From: the human T2T-CHM13v2.0 reference genome, Homo sapiens
Assembly: GCA_009914755.4 (NCBI GenBank)
Contig: CP086569.2
Span: 21,824,001-21,888,000 of the forward strand
Direction: 5' to 3'
DNA: 64,000 bases
Below are positions 51,421-64,000 of this stretch, one piece after another. Both the position numbers and the translations under genes were made by a program. The notes under the pieces are model-generated. The model ran no database searches. It was not told the origin of the DNA and saw only the letters and a program-made list of their open reading frames with translations. How positions within the stretch are numbered: the first letter of the stretch is position 1; each line of letters opens with the position of its first letter.

Positions 51421-52379
51421 GAGAGTCACATCACCTGAGTGCTAGGATAGAGATATGTAAAACTCTCCCTTTTTAACAGGACCCTGGAAGAAGAGGAGTG
51501 TCACATCACAGAGGTGATACATGAAGATGTATATCATTAAATTTTCTGGGCAGGGCTAAGAAGGAAAAGTCAAATCACCTAGGTGTTGAACCCAGTGAAA
51601 TGTCATAATATCCAATGTATGCAGATCCCTGGCAGGAGGGGAGAGTAAGTTTACCTATGAGCTGGACCTATCAATATATTACAATCCCTGTTGTGGGTGT
51701 GAACCATGAAATAAAGAAGAGCCACATCACTCAGGTTCTTAATCCAGCAATACCCTCTGAGAGAACGGCCCAGGTAGGAGATTCACATAACTTTGGCACT
51801 AAGCCTAGCAATATACCATAATTCTTTACTAAGGAAAGGTCAAAGGAAAACAGTAACTCTTCCTTGTTCTTGGGCCCAGCAATATGTCACAATTTTCCTT
51901 TGGGCAGAACCTAGAAAGAGAAGATTCACATCAGCTAATTATTGGTCCCATTTAATATGTCAGAATTCTCCATGTAAGAAGGGACCAGGAAGAAGATGAG
52001 AAGAATTATATCACCTGTGTAATTGCTGCAGAGATACTTCACAATCCTTTTTGTTGTTAGGGATCAAGAGAGATACATTACCTGAATGCTGAGCCTAGCA
52101 AAATGTCACAATGTCTGTGGCAGGGCTCAGGTAACAGAGTCAGGTTACCTAGGTAAAAGGGTCCAATATGTTACAATGACACTGTAGGCATCACCAAGAA
52201 AAGGAGGAGACTCATTACTTGGGTGCATGGCCAGGGGATTATTTACAATTCTGCCTGTGCCCAACTTTTGGATACCTCTGGGTGTGAGATTCAATACCTC
52301 AACAGTGGGCTCTATTCTTGTGACAGAAGACAATCTTTACCTGGATTTGCATAGAAGTGTCACAATCTTACCCTTGTGT

Positions 52380-52900
52380 TAGATCCTGAGTACCACCTGA
52401 GGGCTTGAGAGTATGCATGAGAGTCACAAACTTTTCTGACATCTTCCTTCTAATATGGACTTGTGATATTACATACCTTAGTCCAGGTATGAGAGGCAAC
52501 ATCTCTCTAATTGACTGGGTCCAGATATAAGAGTTCTCACCCTGCCTATGAGCTAGGTTAGAAATGACACACCATCCCTCCTGTTGCTACATTCACATAT
52601 GACAGTCACAATTCTAACTGTGGACTTCACCTGCTTGTAAGATTCAGTACCTCACCAGTGGATTCTGTACAAATGTGAAAGTAACAATTCTAACTCTTAG
52701 TAGGGTGTGCATACAAGTTACAAAATTTCACCTCTTTCTCTAAATTTAGCTATGATAAACAGTATCTCTCTTAATGGCTCATTTAAGGTATAAGCATCAT
52801 CATCATGCCTGTGAGCTGAGTGTAGTCATATGCCCCAATTCCACCTGTGTGAAGGGAGTGAGGAGAGTGACATTACTTGAGTGTTGGACTAGGGATATGT
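52380..52900. repeat. Partial divergent satellite block
   Basis: ...gagagtcacaaacttttctgac...gtaagattcagtacctcaccagtggattctg...tttagctatgataaacagtatctctcttaatggctcatttaaggtataagcatcatcatcatgcctgtgagctgagtg. Confidence 0.5.
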
Positions 52901-53934
52901 CACAATCTTCTCTGTGGATGAGGTAAAGGCAGAAGACATTTAGATCACCAAGTGCTAAGTCCAGAAATATTTCAAAATTATTTCTTTTTGCAGGCCCTAG
53001 GCAAAATATAAGAGTCACATAACCTAGGTAATGGATGAAAAGATATGTCATAATACTTCTGAGGGAAGAGCTGGAAAAAATTGTTGCATCACCGAGGATT
53101 TGGACTCAGCTATATGTAACAATACCCAATGTATGGAAAGGTCCAGGAAAAGTAGGAGAATAACATTACTTAAATGTTGAGCCCTGTGATATGTTACACA
53201 CTCTTTTCAAGGTAGGTCCCATGTCGAAGAGTTACATCTAGCTGATGCTAGATGAGGGGCTGGAAATATATTGAAATGCTTTCTTTAGGTAGGGCTCAGA
53301 AAGAAGAGGATAATCACATAACCTAGGGGCTGTACCTAGAAATATATTACAATTACCCTTTTGAATGGAAACCAGTCACTGGGAGAGTGTCGCATCACTT
53401 AGGTGCCGGGCTAAGTGATTTGTAATGATTTCCACTGTGGAAAGGGCCCACTTAGAAAAAGAGAGTCAGATCACCCAAGTGATGGGCTCACAGATATTTC
53501 ACAATAATACCTTAAGGTAGTTCCCAGCAGAATAATTATATCATCTATTTCCTGGTTCTAGCAATAAGTCACTCTCCCTTCAAGGGTCAGGCAAATTTAA
53601 GAAAGTCAAATCACATCGGCGCTGAGAACAGAAATATCAGAATTCCTCTTATGTACAAAGTCCAGGTATGAAAAGAGAATAATGTAAAATAGGTTGTGGG
53701 CCATGAGACATATTACTATGCTGTGTGAGCTGGGTCCAGACAGGACACCAACATCACCTTTGTTCTGGGCTTAACAATATGTCACAATGCCTTCTGAGGG
53801 TAGGGCCAAGCCAAAAGAGTAACATCACTTCGGTGTTGAACCAAGTGATATGTTACAATATCTTCTGGGAGCACAACCTAGGAAGAAAAGAAAAGTAACA
53901 TCAGCTAGGCTCTGGATCCAATGATGTGTTACAG

Positions 53935-53965
53935 GTTGTGTGTGTGTGTGCGTGTGTGTGCAGAA
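53935..53965. repeat. (GT)n microsatellite inside the satellite array
   Basis: gtgtgtgtgtgtgcgtgtgtgtg. Confidence 0.85.
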
Positions 53966-54439
53966 ATCAGGAAAAGAAGTAAGTCACATCATCTGGACAT
54001 CATAATGTCATTTGTAGATAGGCCTCAATTGGGAGAGTTATTAATATATTACATACATGGTGGACCCCGCAATATTTTACAATAGTCCTGTGGGCAGAAC
54101 CTTGCTAGGAGAGTCATATAACCTGTATGCAGTATTCAGTGATATATCCTAATGCTCTTTGAAGGTGGCACCAAGGAAGAAGACTCATAGTCACATCACA
54201 CAGTTGCTAACCCAAGTGATATGTGACTATGCCTCTAGTGGATGGCAACAAGGTAGGTGAATAAAGTCACTTCAGCTACCTATGTTCTGGCTCCAGCAAT
54301 ATATCAGAATACCATCTGTGGACTGGGCCGAGGCAGGAGAGCAAATGCACTCAGAGGCTGAAAAACACTATATGTCACAATTGCAACTAATGGAAAATAG
54401 AGATAAAATTAAGAATCCTACATATATCTCAGTTATAGA

Positions 54440-55330
54440 TAGGAAAGTCAATGCTTCCTGTATGCTGGGTAAGTACATGAGTCACAGTCTATGCAGTGCA
54501 CAGGTTCCATGCATGAAAGCGTCAATCACAACTCCTGACTGTGCTTCTTTGTGACTGTGTAGAGTCACAGCTTCAGTGTGTTAAATCTTGGTCTGAGGTC
54601 ACAATCTCACCTGTGAACTGGATTCACATGTGAGAGACAATTTTGCAACTTTCCACAGCCTCTTGGTAAGACATTTAGAACCTCAACAGTGGGATGTGTT
54701 CATACAAAAAGATAACAATCTTTGCTATCTGCTGGGTGTGCATAGGAGAGTCACAATCCTGCCTCTGTATTGTGTTCTGTTAGGATGCTTTTTGTACCAC
54801 TTGAGAACTTTATATGGTATTCATGAGAGTCCAAATTTGCTCTGATACTTTGGTGCTGTTATGAATGCATAATCTTACCTGCTGATCTAAGCCCAGATAT
54901 GAGACTCAACAGCTCTCCAGTTGCCTTTATTTGAGAGTTCCTCAACATGCGTATGAGCAGAGTTAGTCACGATCTCAACCAAATGTTCACATGTGACTAC
55001 CGTAATTTTCTACTGTGGACTATGTTTTATGTAATTCAGGATTTCACCAGTGATCTCTGTCTACATGTGAGGGGACAATCCTAACGGTTGATGGGTTTTG
55101 TCTATGAAAGACACATTCTCACCTATGTGCTGAGCCCTGTGATGATACATTTTACCACCATGGGCTTTATAACATATGAGAAAGTGGTAATTTTCTGTGA
55201 CCTTCACAGAAATAGGAGGTCCAGGTTCTTACATGCTTTTCTCAGCTAAATATGAGAGATAGTATCTCTTGCATTGCCTGGTTCAAGGCAAAAAAATCAT
55301 CTGTGATGATGCCATGGTATATGTTAAAAT
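54440..55330. repeat. Divergent satellite block C (about 0.9 kb)
   Basis: ...gaggtcacaatctcacctgtgaactggattcacatgtgagagacaattttgcaac...acatttagaacctcaacagtgggatgtg...tatctcttgcattgcctggttcaaggcaaaaaaatcatctgtgatgatgccatggtatatgttaaaattccacc. Confidence 0.6.
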
Positions 55331-57099
55331 TCCACCTGTGGGCAAAAAGTGAGCAGGAGAGTCACCTGAGTGGTGAGCCAGGGATATATCCAAATCTTTC
55401 CTGAGGACAGGGACAAGGTAAAAAAGTCAAATCACCTGGGTGTTTGGCCAGAGATTTTTTACAATCCTTTCCTGAAAGTAAGTCACAGGCAGCAGAATCA
55501 CATTACCCTAATCCTGGGACTAGTGATGTTATAATGTTCACTGTAGACAAGACCCAGGTAGGGGAGTCACATCACTTGGTTGCTGGGGCCAGCAAATATA
55601 TCGCAATTGTTCTTGTGTGTGGAAATGCAGGCAGAATAGGAGAGTCACATCATCTAGATGTTGGGTGAAGAGATATATCATAAAGCTTTCTGTGTGCAAG
55701 GCAGAGGCAAGAGCATTTCATCCTTTAGGTGCTGGATCAAATGATATGTCACAATTTGCTCAATGTATTTCAGACCCAGCCAAGGGAAAATAGTCACATC
55801 ACCTAGGTGCTGGGTCCAGTGATATAGCACAATACTCATCACCCCTTGGCTTTATTTAAACAGAATCCAGACAAAAGAGAACAAACACATCATTTTGGTA
55901 ATGAACAAAAAAGGTATTTTATAACACTCCTGTAGGCAGGATTTGGGCAGGAGAGTCACATAAACTAGATGCAGGGCCAAATGATATGTCACAAAGTACT
56001 CTATGGGCAGCACCAAAACAGGAGAAAAACTTGTATCACATGGATAAAATGTCTAGCAATATGTCACAATCCTTCCTTTTGCCATGGCCCAGGCAGAAGA
56101 TGAAAGCCACATCAAATAAATGATGGATCAGCAGATACATCATAATATACCTTTAGGAGGGCCAGGCAACAGAGGAACATTGCTCAGGTGTCATACCCAG
56201 CAATATGTCACAGTACCTTGTGTATTCAGGCCACAAGCAAGAGGAGAGAGTCACATTACTTACATTCTGAGACACGTGATAGATTCCAATTTTTCTTGTG
56301 GTCAGGGCCCAGCAGTAGAGAGTCACATCATGTAAGTGCTGGGTTTGCCATATTTTTACCATTTAAGAGCAGGACCCAGTTAGGAATGTTACATGTCCTA
56401 GATGACAGGCCCAAAAATATGTTGCAATTTCACCTATTGATAAAACTTAGGGAAAAAAAGGAGGGTCATATTATGAGCTCTATACCTAGTTATATGTCAC
56501 AATGCCGTCTCTTGGAAGGGCACAAGCAGAAGAGGAGAGTAACATTACCTAGGTTCTGGGTTCAGTGATACATCACAGTCCATCTTGTGGGAAGAGCCCA
56601 GGTAGGAAAGGAGAGTCAAATCACTTTGGTATTGGGCCACAGATCATCATAATGTAATTGTAGGCAGGATCAAAGCAGAAAAGTCACAACACCTTGTTAC
56701 TGAGTCCAGCAATATATCACATTGACCCATGAAAACAAGGATTAATGTGACCTCATTGTGACATAAACTAGGAGCTGGACACAGCTATTTTTCACAATCA
56801 TATCTATGAGCAGTGCACAGAAATGAAAGGAGTATATATTACCTCAGTTCTGGAACAATGCAATATGTCACAATCCTGACTGTGGACAGGGCCAAGGTGG
56901 AGCAGGAGAGTCACATCACCTAGGTGGTGGGCCCAAAGATACATCACAAAAACTCCTGTGGGCTAAACTCAGGCAAGAGAGTCACATCACATGTGTGCTG
57001 TGCTCAGCAATTAGTCACTATCCCTTCTGTGGGAAAACCCCAAGCAAAAGAGAAGTGTTAAATCACTTACTTGCTGGGCCCAGAAATATATCAAAATTT

Positions 57100-57180
57100 C
57101 TTTATTTCTTTCTTTCTTTATTTTTTTTCAAGTTCTTTTCTTTTAATTTTCTTTTTTATTTTTCCACTTTTTTTTTTATT
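57100..57180. repeat. T-rich low-complexity tract (the complement of the L1 poly-A tail and A-rich 3' flank)
   Basis: tttctttatttctttctttctttattttttttcaagttcttttcttttaattttcttttttatttttccactttttttttt. Confidence 0.8.
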
Positions 57181-57334
57181 ATACTTTAAGTTCTAGGGTA
57201 CATGTGCACATTGTGCAGGTTAGTTACATATGTATACATGTGCCATGCTGGTGCGCTGCACCCACTAATGTGTCATCTAGCATTAGGTATATCTCCCATT
57301 GCTATCCCTCCCCCCTCCCCCGACCCCACCACAG

Positions 57335-61202
<3,868 letters not shown>

Positions 61203-61265
61203 TATGATGTTAGCTGGCCATTTTGCGCATTAGTTGATGCAGTTTCTTCCTAGTCTCGATGGTCT

Positions 61266-62282
61266 TTACATTTTGGCATGATTTTGTAGCGGCTGGTACC
61301 GGTTGTTCCTTTCCATGTTTAGCACTTCCTTCAGGAGCTCTTTTAGGGCAGGCCTGGTGGTGACAAAATCTCTCAGCATTTGCTTGTCTGTAAAGTATTT
61401 TACTTCTCCTTCACTTATGAAGCTTAGTTTGGCTGGATATGAAATTCTGGGTTGAGAATTCTTTTCTTTAAGAATGTTGAATATTGACCCCCACTCTCTT
61501 CTGGCTTGTAGGGTTTCTGCCGAGAGATCCGCTGTTAGTCTGATGGGCTTCCCTTTGAGGGTAACCCGACCTTTCTCTCTGGCTGCCCTTAACATTTTTT
61601 CCTTCTTTTCAACTTTGGTGCATCTGACAATTATGTGTCTTGGAGTTGCTCTTCTCGAGGAGTATCTTTGTGGCGTTCTCTGTATTTCCTGAATCTGAAC
61701 GTTGGCCTGCCTTGCTAGATTGGGGAAGTTCTCCTGGATAATATCCTGCAGAGTGTTTTCCAACTTGGTTCCATTCTCCCCATCACTTTCAGGTACACCA
61801 ATCAGACATAGATTTGGTCTTTTCACATAGTCCCATATTTCTTGGAGGCTTTGCTCATTTCTTTCTATTCTTTTTTCTCTAAACTTCCCTTCTCACTTCT
61901 TTTCATTCATTTCATCTTCCATCGCTGATACCCTTTCTTCCAGTTGATCGCATTGGCTCCTGAGGCTTCTGCATTCTTCTAGTAGTTCTGGAGCCTTGGT
62001 TTTCAGCTCCATCAGCTCCTTTAAGCACTTCTCTGTATTGGTTATTCTAGTTGTACATTCTTCTGAATTTTTTTCAAAGTTTTCAACTTCTTTGCCTTTG
62101 GTTTGAATGTCCTTCCGTAGCTCAGAGTAATTTGATCGTCTGAAGACTTCTTCACTCAGTTCGTCAAAGTCATTCTCCATCCAGCTTTGTTCCGTTGCTG
62201 GTGAGGAACTGCGTTCCTTTAGAGGAGGAGAGGCGCTCTGCTTTTTAGAGTTTCTAGTTTTTCTGTTCTGTTTTTTTCCCCA
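61266..62282 (-). pseudogene. L1 ORF1 pseudogene
   Basis: The minus strand from 62282 reads atggggaaaaaaacagaacagaaaaactag. There are 7 A's where 6 are expected, which gives a frameshift and a stop after 9 codons. A frame break also lies between 61826 and 61893. Confidence 0.85.
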
Positions 62283-63319
62283 TCTTTGTGGTTTTATCTA
62301 CTTTTGGTCTTTGATGATGGTGATGTACAGATGGGTTTTTGGTGTGGATGTCCTTTCTGTTTGTTAGTTTTCCTTCCAACAGACAGGACCCTCAGCTGCA
62401 GGTCTGTTGGAGTACCCTGCCGTGAGAAGTGTCAGTGTGCCCCTGCTGGGGGGTGCCTCCCAGTTAGGCTGCTCGGGAGTCAGGGGTCAGGGACCCACTT
62501 GAGGAGGCAGTCTGCCCATTCTCAGATCTCCAGCTCTGTACTGGGAGAACCGCTGCTCTCTTCAAAGCTGTCAGACAGGGCCATTTAAGTCTGCAGAGGT
62601 TAATGCTGTCTTTTTGTTTGTCTGTGCCCTGCCCCCAGAGGTGGAGCCTACAGAGGCAGGCAGGCCTCCTTGAGCTGTGGTGGGCTCCACCCCGTTGGAG
62701 CTTCCGGGCTGCTTTGTTTACCTAAGCAAGCCTGGGCAATGGTGGGCGCCCCTCCCCTAGCCTCGCTGCTGCCTTGCAGTTTGATCTCAGACTGCTGTGC
62801 TAGCAATCAGCGAGACTCCGTCGGCATAGGACCCTCGGAGCCAGGTGCGGGATTTAATCTCGTGGTGCGCCGTTTTTTAAGCCTGTCGGAAAAGCGCAGT
62901 ATTAGGGTGGGAGTGACCCGATTTTCCAGGTGCCGTCTATCACCCCTTTCTTTGACTAGGAAAGGGAACTCCCTGACCCCTTGTGCTTCCCGAGTGAGGC
63001 AATGCCTCACCCTGCTTCGGCTCATGCAAGGTGTGTGCACCCACTGACTTGTGCCCACTCTCTGGCACTCCCTAGTGAGATGAACCCGGTACCTCAGAGG
63101 CAAATGCAGAAATCACCCTTCTTCTGGGTCGCTCATGCTGGGAGCTGTAGACCGGAGCTCTTCGTATTCGGCCATCTTGGCTCCTCCCTGGCTCAGTTTT
63201 TTTTAAAAGACAAAACCCTTTACTTATTAAAGGGAAGAGTGAGCTTTCCAAATGATCTGTCTCTTGTTTTTTTCTTCACTTCTTGATAGTCTGTTCACAA
63301 AGCAAACAAAAATTTTTTA

Positions 63320-63613
63320 TTATTTATATATTTATTTACTTATTTATTTTTGAGACAGGATCTCTCTCTGTCACCCAGGCTGGAGTGCAGTGGCATGATC
63401 TTGGCTCACTGTAATCTTCACTTCCTGGGTTCAAGCAATTCTCCTGCCTCAGCCTCCTGAGTAGCTGAGACTACAGGTGACCACCGCCATGCCTGGCTAA
63501 TTTTTGTACTTTCATTAGAGATGAGGTTTCACCATATTGGCCAGACTGGTCTCAGACTCCCAACCTCAGGTGATCTGCCCACCTCGGCCTCCCAAAGTGT
63601 TGGGATTACAGGT
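63320..63613 (-). mobile_element. Alu SINE (AluS-like), lacking about 20-30 bp of its 5' end
   Basis: An A-rich tail complement tatttatatatttatttacttatttatttttgagacaggatctctctctgtcacccaggctggagtgcagtggc runs to ...cctcggcctcccaaagtgttgggattacaggtg, then non-Alu sequence. Confidence 0.85.
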
Positions 63614-64000
63614 GTTAACATTACATGAAAATATTGCTGAGAGAGAACAAAATTTTATCCATCCATTAGTCTATTATTCATGTCATCCCATTTTTTTAAA
63701 TGAAACGTTATATGCAAATGTATTCAATTTTTATCCGTTTGACAGTGAGGTGAAATTCTTACAAGCCTTTTATAAACCTGTAGAAATATTCGTTAAAAAG
63801 CAGATCAGTGCAATAAGAAATGCTTGGCTTCCAATGTTCAATGTATGGGAAAACCAAATAATATCTTTTTGAATTTAGTCAGTATGTTTATACACATAAT
63901 TTATTTTACAAGATTAAGTTTTACAAGCCATCCACTACTTGTTTTCACTTTTGCTTTATCTTATCTAATTTAACATAATCCTTTAGCTTCAAACTAGGCA

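Larger units (their letters stand above)
48400..57100. repeat. Major beta-satellite-like tandem array (about 8.7 kb, roughly 120 monomers of about 70-76 bp), with interspersed divergent ~0.95 kb blocks
   Basis: Monomers of the form agagtcacatcacctaggtg(c/g)tgggcccag(c/t)(a/g)atatgtcacaat(c/g)c.tcctgtgggcagggcccaggcagg recur throughout. The period counted between successive gagagtcacatcac motifs at 56880-57030 is 71-73 bp. Runs of canonical monomers lie at 48400-49400, 50340-51130, 51420-52380, 52900-54440 and 55330-57100. Confidence 0.8.

Noticed and set aside
38440-57100. Periodic ~72 bp repeats that could superficially be called a CRISPR array
   Set aside because: The repeat units abut directly with no unique spacers, there are no cas genes or leader, and the unit matches a primate satellite family in a genome full of Alu, L1 and HERV elements. 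This is eukaryotic satellite DNA.

Overview
This window is not prokaryotic. It is primate (almost certainly human) nuclear DNA from a repeat-dense, heterochromatin-like region. Almost the whole window is interspersed repeats and satellite DNA. The main elements are: (1) three young L1PA-type LINE-1 copies on the minus strand, which are a 5' end at 1-1397, a 3' fragment at 9928-10812, and a near full-length but frameshifted copy at 57181-63188; (2) two older L1 copies, one on plus (14960-27175) that is split by a nested endogenous retrovirus, and one on minus (31127-37330); (3) an HERV-K-like (class II, betaretrovirus-like, dUTPase-containing) provirus with both LTRs at 18367-26087, nested inside the older plus-strand L1; (4) a solo HERV-K LTR5-like LTR on minus at 27334-28293; (5) a class I (gamma-like, HERV-W/9/H-like) endogenous retrovirus at about 40700-47340 with internal deletions and no recognisable 3' LTR, lying between satellite arrays; (6) about 11 kb of a ~70-76 bp tandem satellite that resembles the human beta-satellite (Sau3A 68-bp) family, in arrays at 14205-14700, 38440-39535, 47340-47650 and 48400-57100, with recurring divergent blocks of about 0.95 kb that suggest higher-order structure; (7) four Alu elements, simple repeats and a few small local duplications. 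I found no credible cellular protein-coding gene, tRNA, rRNA, CRISPR array or operon-like system. Nearly all ORFs in the six-frame track are retroelement pseudo-ORFs, frames antisense to L1, or chance frames in satellite DNA. I worked by eye and from memory of repeat consensus sequences, so coordinates are approximate (roughly +/-20 bp) and subfamily names are provisional.
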